Source: Eubacteriales bacterium (lineage in GTDB: Bacteria; Bacillota; Clostridia; Oscillospirales; CAG-272). From it: a stretch of 64,000 nucleotides of DNA. Below, in pieces: positions 1 to 10,312 of the stretch. The notes under the pieces were generated by a model that was not told the origin of the DNA, did not search any database, and saw only the letters and a program-made list of their open reading frames with translations. A program made the position numbers and the translations under genes. The first letter of the stretch is position 1. Every line of letters starts with the position of its first letter. Location of the stretch: the NCBI GenBank assembly GCA_045543015.1, contig JAZQLY010000021.1:2328-66327 (forward strand), given 5' to 3'.

Positions 1-2
1 CG

Positions 3-230
3 GTGACAGCCATGAACCTGATCTCGACGGAGGAGGGGGGCGAGCAGATCGGCCTCTTTGACGGTGAAAAGGATCGCCGCCGTGAAAAGACGACCCGCAT
101 AGAGGATACCATGGACAAGATCCGTGCCAGGTACGGCAGGGAGGCAATTTCCTCTGGTGCCACGATCTCCAGCGATTTTGGCATCGAGCCCCATACGAAC
201 AAACGGGAAAAGCAGGAGGAAGGATCATAA
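3..230 (+). CDS. 3' end of a Y-family DNA polymerase IV (DinB-like) gene, truncated by window edge
   Basis: The peptide ...GEQIGLFD...DKIRARYGREAI resembles the LSLFD / DxIRxKFG tail of DinB proteins. Only 75 aa are visible. Confidence 0.45.
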   Translation: MTAMNLISTEEGGEQIGLFDGEKDRRREKTTRIEDTMDKIRARYGREAISSGATISSDFGIEPHTNKREKQEEGS

Positions 231-267
231 AAAAGTTTGGTTTTTCATAAAAATATAGAGAAAAATA

Positions 268-296
268 TTGAAAAAGAGAAACGGGTGTGCTATACT
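268..296 (+). promoter_or_regulatory. sigma-A type promoter upstream of cdaA
   Basis: TTGAAA (268-273), a 17-nt spacer ending in TGc, then TATACT (291-296). Confidence 0.5.
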
Positions 297-429
297 ATAA
301 TATGATAGTATACCGTTTCTTTTTTTACCGCTTGAAGCGGAGCCCCACCTGCGTCTGCGCAGATCGGGCGGTCGCGTTGGTTTGAAAATTCCGGCAAGCC
401 TGCTTCTTGCCGTTCCTATGGTGGGGGAT

Positions 430-1236
430 ATGAGTTTTAAGAGCTTTGATGATTTTCTCTCTTTCCTGCAACTGCAGTTTACCACGATCCGTTGGACGGA
501 CGTTCTGGACATCGTTATTCTGGCGGTGCTGTTTTATTACGGCTACCGCTTTGTCAGTGAGCGGCGTGCCGGCAAATTGACCATCGGCATCCTGGTGATC
601 GCCCTTGTGATGGTCATCAGTGATTTTCTGGATCTGTATGCCGTGCGTTTTTTGCTTGGCAACATCTTCCAGGTCGGCATCATCGTTTTGATCATCCTCT
701 TCCAGCCGGAGCTGCGTGACGCGCTGGAGAAGATGGGCGAGGAGCCGCTGCGCGGCTTTAAGGGGCTTGGTGAACAGCGCTCGCTTGCCAGCCGCGCGGA
801 GATGGTAGAGGCACTTTGTGAGGCCGTTTCGGATATGTCGCGTACCAGAACGGGTGCCTTGATCGTGATGGAGCGCTCTACCAAGCTGGGTGACATCATT
901 CGCTCGGGTGTGGAGCTGGATGCCAAGGTGACTGCCTATCTCATTCGCAACGTGTTCTACAACAAGGCGCCGCTGCATGACGGTGCCATGATCATCCGCA
1001 ACGGCCGTATTTGTGCTGCCAGCTGCTTTCTGCCGCTGACGGAGCGTGCCATCAACCAGGACCTTGGCACGCGCCACCGCGCCGCGCTGGGCATGAGTGA
1101 GATCAGCGATGCGCTGGTCATCATCGTCTCGGAGGAGACGGGTACGATCTCCATCGCGTTTGACGGCGAATTGAAGAGAAATCAGAACTATCAAACACTC
1201 AAGCAGACGCTCACCGAGCTTTGCGTCCGTAAGTAA
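430..1236 (+). CDS. cdaA: diadenylate cyclase CdaA (DisA_N domain, N-terminal TM helices)
   Basis: Motifs are GALIVMER, PLHDGAMII, DLGTRHRAALGMSE and VIIVSEETGTISIA. ATG at 430 follows GGTGGGGGA. The ORF track starts at an upstream TTG (382). Confidence 0.9.
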   Translation: MSFKSFDDFLSFLQLQFTTIRWTDVLDIVILAVLFYYGYRFVSERRAGKLTIGILVIALVMVISDFLDLYAVRFLLGNIFQVGIIVLIILFQPELRDALEKMGEEPLRGFKGLGEQRSLASRAEMVEALCEAVSDMSRTRTGALIVMERSTKLGDIIRSGVELDAKVTAYLIRNVFYNKAPLHDGAMIIRNGRICAASCFLPLTERAINQDLGTRHRAALGMSEISDALVIIVSEETGTISIAFDGELKRNQNYQTLKQTLTELCVRK

Positions 1237-1250
1237 GGAGGAGGGGAGAC

Positions 1251-1658
1251 ATGAAAACAAAAGAATGGTCTGCCCGCCGCCCGCAGCATCTGCTTGCGCG
1301 TATCGTATGCCTGCTGCTGGCCATTATCACGTGGCTCTGCATTATGCGCATTGCTGACCCGATCTGCGAGGGGTCGCTGACCGGTATCTCCATTATGGTG
1401 CTGGAGGACGAAGACGGCGCGTATACCGGCTCTGTAGAAAACGCGGTGACCGGCCGCATCCGCATTCGCGGCACCAAGCAGGCGCTTGCCGCCGTCAAGG
1501 CGGGGGATGTGAGTGCTTACGTGGACCTGAAGGATCTGCAGTTTGTTTCTACCCCCGACAAGGATACGGTCACCATGACGCTGTATTTCAAAACGCCTGA
1601 GGGAATTGAGATCGATGGTAGCTATCAGATCGACGTTCGCTTGCAGGCAAAGGGGTAA
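1251..1658 (+). CDS. short YbbR/CdaR-like protein (one TM plus a single YbbR-like domain)
   Basis: It lies immediately downstream of cdaA behind a strong RBS (AAGGAGGAGGGGAG). It has an N-terminal hydrophobic helix and a YbbR-like stretch (AAVKAGDVSAYVDLKDL). Confidence 0.55.
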   Translation: MKTKEWSARRPQHLLARIVCLLLAIITWLCIMRIADPICEGSLTGISIMVLEDEDGAYTGSVENAVTGRIRIRGTKQALAAVKAGDVSAYVDLKDLQFVSTPDKDTVTMTLYFKTPEGIEIDGSYQIDVRLQAKG

Positions 1659-1660
1659 GT

Positions 1661-3271
1661 ATGGCTCTTTCCTATCTGATCCCCTCGGTCGCGCTGCCGA
1701 TCGATGCTCCGCTGGAGGAGGCGATTGCAGCTGCCGCGCGAAAGCTGCAGCAGCTTGGCGCGGCGCAAGGGTCGATACAATATCATATTTATCGCCGCTC
1801 AGTGGATGCACGCAAGCGTGATGATATTCGCTTCGTTTACTCCGTTGCTGCCAGCGGCGATTTTTCTGTTAAAGCGGTTGCGCGGCTTGCCCGCGCCGGC
1901 CTCTCCCCGTTTGCGGATGGGCGGCCGCATATTTCCCGCGGCACGGAAGGGCTGCATGCCCGCCCCATCGTAGTGGGGACAGGCCCTGCCGGCCTGTTTG
2001 CCGCCTTGCTGCTGGCAGAGCAGGGGTATCGCCCCCTGGTGCTGGAGCGCGGTGGGAACGTGGCAGAGCGCATCAGCGCGATAGAGACCTTCCGGCACAC
2101 GCGCGTGCTGGATGGAGAGACCAATATCCAGTTTGGCGCAGGCGGTGCCGGCACGTTCTCGGACGGCAAGCTGGTCACCCGCGTCAGCGATCCACTCAAT
2201 CAATACGTTCTCTCGCAATTCGTTTTCTTTGGCGCCCCCAGCGAGATCACCATGCTTGCCAAGCCACACATCGGTACCGATATCCTGCGCACGGTCGTTA
2301 CGCGCATGCTGTCCCGCATGGAAGAGCTGGGCGGTGAGGTGCGTTATCACACCTGCATGAAGGAGCTGGTGGTCAAGGCTGGCCGTGTAACGGCAGTGGT
2401 GACGGCCGAGGGAGAGACGATCTCCTGCGGTGCGCTGATCCTGGCGGTCGGCCACAGCGCGCGGGATACCTATCATATGCTGCTGTCGCACGGTGTGGCG
2501 ATCGAGGCCAAGCCCTTTTCGGTCGGCCTGCGGATCGAGCATCTGCAAGAAGAAATAGACCGTGCCATGTACGGCAAATTTGCCGGCCACCCTGCGCTTG
2601 GCCATGCGGAATACACCCTCTCTGACCGTACCGGGGAGCGGGGCGTTTATTCCTTCTGCATGTGCCCCGGCGGTGAGGTCGTTGCCGCTACCAGTGAGCC
2701 CTGCGGCGTTGTGGTCAACGGCATGAGCGCCCACGCGCGGGATGGGAAAAATGCCAATGCCGCCATTGCCGTTTCGGTTGAACGCGGCGATTACGGCAAT
2801 GATCCGCGTGCGGCCATTGCCTTTCAACAAGAGATCGAGCGTGCTGCCTATCGGGCAGGCGGCGGTGATTATAGTGCCCCTGCCTGCATGCTTTCAGATT
2901 TTTTGCAGGAGCGCCCTGCGCGCGAGATCAGCGGCCGCGTGGCCCCCTCGTATATGATGGGGGGTGTTCGCCCCGCCTTGCCGGAGGCGTATCTGCCTGC
3001 TTTCGTTACGCGCGCGCTGCGCCATTCCTTGCCGCTGTTTGAGCGGCGCATTGCCGGCTATACCGCGCCTGACGCGGTGTTGACCGGGCCGGAAACACGT
3101 ACCTCAGCCCCCTTGCGTATCCTGCGTAATGAGGCGCGTGTTTCACCTACGCTTGATAACCTGTACCCCTGCGGAGAGGGGGCCGGCTATGCCGGCGGCA
3201 TTACCTCTGCCGCTTTGGACGGTATTCATACGGCAGAGGCCTTTATGGCACGCTACCGTTCTGCTGATTGA
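1661..3271 (+). CDS. FAD-dependent protein (COG2509-type uncharacterized NAD(FAD)-dependent dehydrogenase)
   Basis: Rossmann motif VVGTGPAGLFAALLLAEQGYRPLVLERG. The C-terminal CGEGAGYAGGI motif is typical of this family. Confidence 0.75.
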   Translation: MALSYLIPSVALPIDAPLEEAIAAAARKLQQLGAAQGSIQYHIYRRSVDARKRDDIRFVYSVAASGDFSVKAVARLARAGLSPFADGRPHISRGTEGLHARPIVVGTGPAGLFAALLLAEQGYRPLVLERGGNVAERISAIETFRHTRVLDGETNIQFGAGGAGTFSDGKLVTRVSDPLNQYVLSQFVFFGAPSEITMLAKPHIGTDILRTVVTRMLSRMEELGGEVRYHTCMKELVVKAGRVTAVVTAEGETISCGALILAVGHSARDTYHMLLSHGVAIEAKPFSVGLRIEHLQEEIDRAMYGKFAGHPALGHAEYTLSDRTGERGVYSFCMCPGGEVVAATSEPCGVVVNGMSAHARDGKNANAAIAVSVERGDYGNDPRAAIAFQQEIERAAYRAGGGDYSAPACMLSDFLQERPAREISGRVAPSYMMGGVRPALPEAYLPAFVTRALRHSLPLFERRIAGYTAPDAVLTGPETRTSAPLRILRNEARVSPTLDNLYPCGEGAGYAGGITSAALDGIHTAEAFMARYRSAD

Positions 3272-3294
3272 TCACAAGAAAGGGAGGCACCGCT

Positions 3295-3729
3295 ATGCTG
3301 GAGCAAGAGGGGATCGTTGTAGGTACAGAGGGTGAGATCGCCTACGTCTCGTTTATGCGTGCCTCTGCCTGTGAAGGGTGTCACCGCCATGCCGAGGGCT
3401 GCGCCGCCTGCTCTCTTTTGGGCGGCGACCGCCGCCATACTGCCCGTGCGTGCAATCCTATTTCCGCGCAGGTGGGTGACCGCGTTCGCGTTGCCATGGG
3501 TGAGGGGCGCGTGCTTGCCTATGCCGCGCTGGTCTTTTTGTTTCCCGTTTTGCTGGCCTTTGCCTGTTATTTGATCGGCGCGGCCGTGTGGGCGGGGGGC
3601 AGCATGCCTGCCTATCTTTGTGCAGCCGGCGGCTTTTTGCTTGCCGTTTTGTCTGCCTTTCTTATTTCGCGCCGCATGGCAAAGCGCCCGCCGGACAGCC
3701 GGATCGTTGCTGTCCTTCCCGTTGATTAA
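3295..3729 (+). CDS. RseC/MucC (SoxR-reducing system) family protein
   Basis: N-terminal Cys cluster CEGCHRHAEGCAAC followed by two TM helices. ATG 3295 follows AAGGGAGG. Confidence 0.6.
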   Translation: MLEQEGIVVGTEGEIAYVSFMRASACEGCHRHAEGCAACSLLGGDRRHTARACNPISAQVGDRVRVAMGEGRVLAYAALVFLFPVLLAFACYLIGAAVWAGGSMPAYLCAAGGFLLAVLSAFLISRRMAKRPPDSRIVAVLPVD

Positions 3730-3759
3730 TTTAGAAAGGCGAACAGCTTTTGTTCGCGT

Positions 3760-5952
3760 GTGAAGATATACATGTTGAAAAAGAATGAAACCGCCAGAGA
3801 GAAGCGCTGGCTCCTGCACGAGGAGGAGGCGGATTTTTACGCCCCCGCCGTGGAGGAGATCGCCGCGTCTCTCGGCATCAGTCGCGTGTTGGCACGGCTT
3901 CTGGTCTGCCGTGGATATCGGGATGCGGAAAGCGCCCGTACCTTTATCTGCATGGAGAGCGAGCTGCTGCACAACCCCTTCGCCATGAAGGACGTTGAGC
4001 GGGCTGTCAACCGCATCCGCCGCGCCATCCGCATGAAGGAAAAGATCACCATTTACGGTGACTATGACGTAGACGGCGTTACCGCCGTTTGCACGCTCTA
4101 TCTGTATCTCAAAAAACGCGGTGCAGACGTGGATTATTATATCCCCAACCGCGCAGGGGAGGGGTACGGCGTATCCTGTCCTGCGATCCGTTCCCTGGCA
4201 GAGGGGGGCACCCGTCTGATCGTAACGGTGGATACCGGCATTACGGCGAAGGATGAGGTGGCCTATGCCAAAACGCTGGGCGTGGACGTGGTCATCACCG
4301 ACCATCACGAGTGCCGCGCTGACCTGCCGGAGGCAGAGGCCGTGGTCAACCCGCACCGGCCGGATTGCCCCTATCCGTTCAAGGAGCTGGCCGGCGTTGG
4401 CGTTGTGTTTAAGCTGATCTGCGCGTATGAGGAAAGCGAAAGCGGCGATCGCCGCTCGGTCTGCGTGCGCCGCATGTGTGAGGAATACAGCGATCTGGTT
4501 GCCATTGGCACCATTGCGGACGTGATGCCCATCCGGGATGAGAATAAGCTGATCGTCAGCTTTGGCCTTGGGCAGATGGAGGAATGCCGCCGTCCCGGCC
4601 TGCTGGCCCTGATGGAGGCAGCATCCTCCCGCACGGATAACCGCCACGCCAAAAAGCAGCCCAAGATCACCTCCGGCTATATCGGTTACACCATTGCCCC
4701 CCGTATCAACGCTGCCGGGCGCATTCGCAGCGCCTGCCGCGCAGTAGAGCTGTTTCTTTCGCGGGATAGGGCAGAGGCTGCTTCCTTAGCCGAGGAGCTT
4801 TGCGAGGCAAACCGCGAACGCCAGGAGGAAGAAAACCGCATTATGGAGGAGGCGTATCGCCGCATCGAGAGTGACCCCTCCTTCGTTGGTGAGCCGGTGA
4901 TCGTGCTGGATGCAGAGAACTGGCACCACGGCGTTATTGGGATCGTGGCCTCCCGCATTACAGAGCGGTACGGCCTGCCGTCTATTCTCGTTTCCTTTGA
5001 GGGGGGAGAGGACGGCGTGTATTTAGACAGTGATATGGGCAAGGGCTCCGGCCGCAGCATCAAGGGGATGAATTTGGTGGATGCCCTGGTGCATTGCAGC
5101 GAGCATCTTGTGAAATTCGGCGGTCACGAGCTGGCAGCCGGCCTCAGCGTCACGCGCGGGGAGCTGCCTGCCTTCCGCCAAAAGATCAACGCCTACGCGA
5201 GGGAGATCCTGACAGAGGAGGCTCTGATCCCCGTGTTAGAGGCGGACTGTGCCTTGACGTGTGCGGACATTACCATGTCCTTGGCCGAGGAGCTGCGCAT
5301 GCTGGAGCCGTATGGCGTTGGCAACCCCGTTCCCGCCTTTGTGCTGCGGGATGTGCATATCATCGAATGCGTGCCGATCAGCGGTGGCAAGCATACCCGC
5401 CTGGTGGTGGGGGACGGTACATACAGCTTTACCGCCATGTGCTTTTCACGCAGCCAGGCGCAAATGAACCTGTTTGTGGGGGACGCGGTGGACATTTTGT
5501 TCAACCTGGATGTGAACGAGTATAACGGCCGCCGCAGCGTACAGCTGATCGTGCGGGACATCCGCCTTTGTGAGCATAGCCGCGCTGCCGCCGCAGACGA
5601 GCGGGCGCATTTTGATGAAATATGGGCAGGCGCCACCTTCTCTGCTGAAGAGAAGCTGGTGCCGAACAGAGACGATTTTGCCGCCGTGTATACGCTGGTC
5701 TGCCGCATCGTGCGGGCCGGCTGCGATACCATTTCGCACCGTGCGCTGCTTACCAAGCTGCAGGGGGCGGGTCGTGGCGATATTGGCTATATCAAGCTGA
5801 AGATCATTATTCGCGTCCTGCAGGAGCTGAATCTGCTGGGGATCGAAGAGGTCAGCGAGGAGAATTATCGCTTCAGCATTCATTTTACCAACAAGAAAAC
5901 AGATTTAGAAAAATCCAATTGGTTACACCGGCTACGCGCACAGCAGCGCTGA
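3760..5952 (+). CDS. recJ: single-stranded-DNA-specific exonuclease RecJ
   Basis: DHH motifs are IYGDYDVDGVTA, VTVDTG and ITDHH. A DHHA1 region and a C-terminal OB-like extension are present. An alternative ATG start lies at 3772. Confidence 0.9.
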   Translation: MKIYMLKKNETAREKRWLLHEEEADFYAPAVEEIAASLGISRVLARLLVCRGYRDAESARTFICMESELLHNPFAMKDVERAVNRIRRAIRMKEKITIYGDYDVDGVTAVCTLYLYLKKRGADVDYYIPNRAGEGYGVSCPAIRSLAEGGTRLIVTVDTGITAKDEVAYAKTLGVDVVITDHHECRADLPEAEAVVNPHRPDCPYPFKELAGVGVVFKLICAYEESESGDRRSVCVRRMCEEYSDLVAIGTIADVMPIRDENKLIVSFGLGQMEECRRPGLLALMEAASSRTDNRHAKKQPKITSGYIGYTIAPRINAAGRIRSACRAVELFLSRDRAEAASLAEELCEANRERQEEENRIMEEAYRRIESDPSFVGEPVIVLDAENWHHGVIGIVASRITERYGLPSILVSFEGGEDGVYLDSDMGKGSGRSIKGMNLVDALVHCSEHLVKFGGHELAAGLSVTRGELPAFRQKINAYAREILTEEALIPVLEADCALTCADITMSLAEELRMLEPYGVGNPVPAFVLRDVHIIECVPISGGKHTRLVVGDGTYSFTAMCFSRSQAQMNLFVGDAVDILFNLDVNEYNGRRSVQLIVRDIRLCEHSRAAAADERAHFDEIWAGATFSAEEKLVPNRDDFAAVYTLVCRIVRAGCDTISHRALLTKLQGAGRGDIGYIKLKIIIRVLQELNLLGIEEVSEENYRFSIHFTNKKTDLEKSNWLHRLRAQQR

Positions 5953-6000
5953 TGCGGCAAATGCGGAAGGAGGAATACCGCCTGACGGGCGAATTGCAGA

Positions 6001-8265
6001 ATGGACGAACGAGAAAAAAAGACCATGACCGAGGAAGAAAAGCTTGCCGCCGTGCAAGCCATAGAAAAGCAGTTTGAAGCCCTTCTTGACCGTTTGGAGG
6101 CCTCTGGCCGCCATTATCAGACGGATAAGATCCGGCAGGCGTATGACTATGCTGCCGCCCTGCATGCCGGCCAGTTCCGTCTGAGCGGGGAGCCGTATAT
6201 CTCGCACCCGCTGGCGGTGGCCGTGATCGTGGCCGAGCTGGAGCTGGATACCGACTCGATCTGTGCTGCGCTGCTGCACGATACGGTAGAGGACTGCTCG
6301 GATAAAACCGACCTTTCCGAGATCCGTCGCCTGTTCGGGGAGCAGGTGGCCCTGCTGGTCGACGGGCTGACCAAGATCATGCAGATGAAGATCGAGGATA
6401 AAGAAGAGGCCCATATTGAGAATATCCGCAAGATGCTGCTTGCCATGAGCAAGGACATCCGCGTGATCTTTATCAAGCTCTGTGACCGTCTGCACAACAT
6501 GCGCACGCTGGCGGCAAAATCGCCGGAAAAGCAGCGCACCATCGCACTGGAGACGATGTATATCTACGCACCGCTGGCGCACCGCCTCGGTATGCAGCGT
6601 ATCAAGCTGGAGCTGGAGAACATCAGTCTTTCCTACCTGGACCCGGTCGGGTACAAGGAGGTGCATGACGCCATTGACAGCCGCTACGGTCAGAACCGCG
6701 ATCTGCTGGTGCTGGCACGCGGCAAGATTGAAGAAAAGCTGAATGAAAACGGCATCCGCTATGCGGTAGAGGGGCGCGTCAAATCGGTTTATAGCCTGTA
6801 CCGCAAGATGTATAACAATAACAAAACGATCGACGAGATCTACGATTTTTACGCCCTGCGTGTGATCGTGGAGACCGAGCTGGAGTGCTATACCGTTCTT
6901 GGTATCGTGCATGAGCTGTTTAAATCCGTCCCCGGTCGCTTTAAGGACTATATCTCTACCCCGAAGCCGAACCTGTACCGCTCGCTGCATACCACGGTCA
7001 TCAGCCGTGGCGGCATCCCGTTCGAGATACAGATCCGCACGCGGGAGATGCACCGCGTGGCAGAGTTTGGTATCGCGGCGCATTGGAAGTATAAATCGGG
7101 TGAATCCTCCGGTGCGGAGGTGGACGAAAAGCTGGCCTGGATCTCCCGCCTCATAGAGACGGAGGATAACACGCGTGACCCGGATGAGTTTATGCAGGCC
7201 TTCAAGACCGACATCTTTCATGATGAGACCTTCGTCTTTACGCCGAAGGGTGACTGTATCTCGCTGCCGCTTGGCGCGACGGTCATCGACTTTGCCTACG
7301 CTATCCATACCGCCGTAGGCAACAAAATGATCGGTGCCAAGATCAACGGCATGATCGTACCGATCGACAGCGTGCCGGAGAATGGGCAGATCGTGGAGAT
7401 CCTGACCTCCTCGGTCACAAAGGGGCCGAGCCGTGACTGGGTCAAGATCGTCAAGACCAGCGAGGCACGCAACAAGATCCGCCAATGGTTCAAGAAGGAG
7501 AAGAGAAGCGAGAATATCGAGGTCGGCCGTGCCGAGATCGACCGTGAGCTTTCCCGCATCGGCCGCCCGTTTACAGAGGCAGAGAGGCAGGAGGTCGTCT
7601 CCAATATTGCCAAGCGCCTTGGTATTCAAGGGCCGGACGACTTGTATAATACCATCGGCTACGGCGGGCTTTCGATTACCAAGATCGCCGTTCGCCTGCG
7701 CGATGAGTTTGACCGCGTTGTCAAATCGGTAGAGCCGCCCACGCCCATGGAGGTCTCGCAGGTCAAGACGGTAGAAAAGCCCAAAAACCTGCGCACCAGC
7801 AGCGGCATCATCGTAGACGGCACTACCGGCTGCATGGTCAAGTGCGCCAAGTGCTGCAACCCGCTGCCGGGGGATGATATTATCGGCTTTATCACCAAGG
7901 GCTACGGTATCTCCATCCACAAGCAGGACTGCCCCAACGTGGCGGCAAGCCGCAGCGACCCTGCCAATGCTGACCGCTGGGTAAAGGCAGAGTGGGAGAG
8001 GGATTTTGCCTCTACCATCTCGGTCTACGAGGCCATGATCAACATCGTGGCCGAGAACAACATCAAGCTGATCGCTGACGTGACCGGCGCACTGGCAGAT
8101 ATGAAGGTCACCATTATGCAGATCAATTCGCAAAAGCGGCCGGATGATACGCAGGCCATCCAGCTAACGGTCGGGTGCAAAAACGTAGGCCACTTCCGTT
8201 CTATCGTTTCGCGCCTGCAAAGCATTCCTGCCGTCATCTCCGTCAAGCGCGGATTTGGCAGATAA
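6001..8265 (+). CDS. rel: bifunctional (p)ppGpp synthetase/hydrolase (RelA/SpoT homologue)
   Basis: HD domain (HPLAVAVIV, LLHDTVEDC), synthetase motifs (YRSLHTTV, EIQIRT) and TGS and ACT-like C-terminal regions. Confidence 0.95.
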   Translation: MDEREKKTMTEEEKLAAVQAIEKQFEALLDRLEASGRHYQTDKIRQAYDYAAALHAGQFRLSGEPYISHPLAVAVIVAELELDTDSICAALLHDTVEDCSDKTDLSEIRRLFGEQVALLVDGLTKIMQMKIEDKEEAHIENIRKMLLAMSKDIRVIFIKLCDRLHNMRTLAAKSPEKQRTIALETMYIYAPLAHRLGMQRIKLELENISLSYLDPVGYKEVHDAIDSRYGQNRDLLVLARGKIEEKLNENGIRYAVEGRVKSVYSLYRKMYNNNKTIDEIYDFYALRVIVETELECYTVLGIVHELFKSVPGRFKDYISTPKPNLYRSLHTTVISRGGIPFEIQIRTREMHRVAEFGIAAHWKYKSGESSGAEVDEKLAWISRLIETEDNTRDPDEFMQAFKTDIFHDETFVFTPKGDCISLPLGATVIDFAYAIHTAVGNKMIGAKINGMIVPIDSVPENGQIVEILTSSVTKGPSRDWVKIVKTSEARNKIRQWFKKEKRSENIEVGRAEIDRELSRIGRPFTEAERQEVVSNIAKRLGIQGPDDLYNTIGYGGLSITKIAVRLRDEFDRVVKSVEPPTPMEVSQVKTVEKPKNLRTSSGIIVDGTTGCMVKCAKCCNPLPGDDIIGFITKGYGISIHKQDCPNVAASRSDPANADRWVKAEWERDFASTISVYEAMINIVAENNIKLIADVTGALADMKVTIMQINSQKRPDDTQAIQLTVGCKNVGHFRSIVSRLQSIPAVISVKRGFGR

Positions 8266-8298
8266 AACAAAGCAGACAAAAAAAGAAGGAGATCGGTC

Positions 8299-8763
8299 AT
8301 GATCGCCGTATTGCAACGAATCAAGAATGCCGTCGTAGTGGCAGACGGGGAAGAGAGCGGCCGCTGTGGCCATGGCCTGCTTATTTTGCTGGGCGTGGGA
8401 ACAGAGGACACGGAGGAGGACATCCGTCTTCTTGCCGATAAGATCCCGCGCTTGCGCATCTTTTGTGATGAGAACGGGAAAATGAATATCTCCCTGCAGG
8501 ACGTGGGCGGGGGTGTGATGATCGTTTCCAACTTCACGCTGCAGGCCAATTACTCGCACGGCAACCGGCCGGATTATCTGGCCGCTGCGCGGCCGGAGCA
8601 GGCGATCCCGCTCTACGAGGCGTTTATTGCCGCCATGCGAGCGCAGGGCATCCCCGTTTCTTGCGGGGTGTTTGGTGCCGATATGCAGATCGATATGCAT
8701 GCAGACGGGCCCGTTACCATCGTCATGGATTCTGAAAAACTGAAAAGGGGACGTGCAAAATGA
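8299..8763 (+). CDS. dtd: D-aminoacyl-tRNA deacylase
   Basis: MIAVLQRIK...VSNFTL...GNRP motifs, about 150 aa, in the conserved position after rel. Confidence 0.9.
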   Translation: MIAVLQRIKNAVVVADGEESGRCGHGLLILLGVGTEDTEEDIRLLADKIPRLRIFCDENGKMNISLQDVGGGVMIVSNFTLQANYSHGNRPDYLAAARPEQAIPLYEAFIAAMRAQGIPVSCGVFGADMQIDMHADGPVTIVMDSEKLKRGRAK

Positions 8764-10289
8764 TATTGACGGTAGAGGGAGACATCAGCGCGTACTATGT
8801 ACAAACGCTTTGCCTCCTATTCTTTCCCGGCTCCAAATTCGGGGTAGAGGAAAAGCCCTCACCCGAGAACCCGGAGGCGCACGTTCGCTTCTCGCAGGAG
8901 GGGGATACCTTCCGTGCGGAGGCAAGGCTCGTGCTGGGGGAGAGGGCTGCTATGGCAGAAAGCGCACTCACGCGTGACGATATTCCCGGCGCGGGGGATG
9001 AGCGGCTTGCCAAGGTGGCCGTTGGCCGTGCGATGTTTGCCGCGGGCAAGGAGCTGCTGGGCTACACACCGCCGTGGGGCATTTTGACCGGCGTGCGCCC
9101 CTCTAAGGTGGCAAGTGAGCTGATCCTGACAGGCAACGGCATTCTGCGCTCCAAGCGCATTTTGCGGGATGAGTATTTTGTTAATCCCAAAAAGGCGGCC
9201 CTGGCCGTATCGGTTGCCGCCACCGAGCTGAAGATCACCAAATCGGTCTCGCTGCACGATACCTGCAGCGTGTATATTTCTATCCCGTTCTGCCCGTCTC
9301 GCTGTGCCTACTGCTCCTTTGTTTCCGGCACGTCGGGCAGGCTGCTTTCGCTGATCGACGATTATCTGAAAACGCTGTTTCTCGATATTGACCATATGTT
9401 TTCCGTCATCCGCTCGCTGGGGCTCACGGTCAGCACCGTGTATATCGGCGGCGGTACCCCCACCGTGCTGACGCCGCAAAGCCTCAAGCTGCTGCTTGGC
9501 CGTGTGGCCAAAAACGTAGACGTTTCTACTCTTGCCGAGTTTACGTTAGAGGCCGGGCGGCCGGATACCATCACGGCCGAAAAGCTGCAGATCGCGCGGG
9601 AATACGGGGTCACCCGTGTCAGCGTCAATCCGCAGACCCTGTCGGACGAGCTGCTGGTCAGCATTGGCAGACGGCACACGGTAGACGAGTTTTACCGCGC
9701 CTACGAGATCGCGCGCACGTCCGGTATACGGGATATCAACGTAGATCTGATCGCCGGTCTGCCGGGGGATAACTTCAGTAATTTCTCCGTTTCGATGGAT
9801 GCGATCCTTTCTCTTGCGCCTACGAATATCACCGTACACAGCTTCAGCGTGAAGAACGCAGCTGACATTCGCAAAAAGGAAGGCTTCTCTCTCCCGCTCG
9901 GCGGGGGCGATGCCGCCAAAAGCGTAGAGTATTCGCAGCTGCGTACCAAAAATGCAGGCTACCGCCCCTATTACATGTATCGGCAAAAGAATACCGTTGG
10001 CAATTTAGAGAACGTCGGGTATTCGATCGAGGGGCACGAGGGGCTTTATAACGTCTTTATGATGGAGGAGCTGCACAGCATTTTTGCGGTTGGCGCTGCT
10101 GCCGTTACCAAGCTGGTGCATCATTGCGCCCCGCGCGCAGGTACCAGTAAAATCCAACGCATATTTACTCCCAAATATCCATATGAATATTTAAGAGATG
10201 CAGAAAAGATCCGCATGGGTGACGAGGCAGCCGGTCTCCCCTCTCTTGCGGAGCGAATCCGGGCCTTTTACGAAAAGAACGAAGGTTGA
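8760..10289 (+). CDS. hemZ: HemN-family radical SAM protein with long N-terminal extension (HemZ-like oxygen-independent coproporphyrinogen oxidase family)
   Basis: CxxxCxxC motif (FCPSRCAYCSF), GGGTP motif and a ~170-aa N-terminal extension as in HemZ. ATGA overlap with the dtd stop. Confidence 0.65.
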   Translation: MILTVEGDISAYYVQTLCLLFFPGSKFGVEEKPSPENPEAHVRFSQEGDTFRAEARLVLGERAAMAESALTRDDIPGAGDERLAKVAVGRAMFAAGKELLGYTPPWGILTGVRPSKVASELILTGNGILRSKRILRDEYFVNPKKAALAVSVAATELKITKSVSLHDTCSVYISIPFCPSRCAYCSFVSGTSGRLLSLIDDYLKTLFLDIDHMFSVIRSLGLTVSTVYIGGGTPTVLTPQSLKLLLGRVAKNVDVSTLAEFTLEAGRPDTITAEKLQIAREYGVTRVSVNPQTLSDELLVSIGRRHTVDEFYRAYEIARTSGIRDINVDLIAGLPGDNFSNFSVSMDAILSLAPTNITVHSFSVKNAADIRKKEGFSLPLGGGDAAKSVEYSQLRTKNAGYRPYYMYRQKNTVGNLENVGYSIEGHEGLYNVFMMEELHSIFAVGAAAVTKLVHHCAPRAGTSKIQRIFTPKYPYEYLRDAEKIRMGDEAAGLPSLAERIRAFYEKNEG

Positions 10290-10312
10290 GTGCCCCCGCA
10301 TCCGGGAGGAAA

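Noticed and set aside
291-330. The hairpin TATACTAT-AATATG-ATAGTATA plus T-run, considered as an attenuator of cdaA or a c-di-AMP riboswitch.
   Set aside because: The 5' arm is the -10 box itself, so it would not be transcribed from that promoter. The stem is AT-only and no ydaO-type conserved core is present. It may simply be the dinB-side terminator.
325-1260. A long antisense ORF opposite cdaA. Similar ones lie opposite rel (5932..8133), metK (14613..16028), the aminotransferase (37357..38745), the regulator (59867..61246) and rplA (22724..23584), among many others in the track.
   Set aside because: These are typical high-GC shadow ORFs on the strand opposite well-supported genes. They have Arg/Gly/Ala/Pro-rich low-complexity composition and no RBS.
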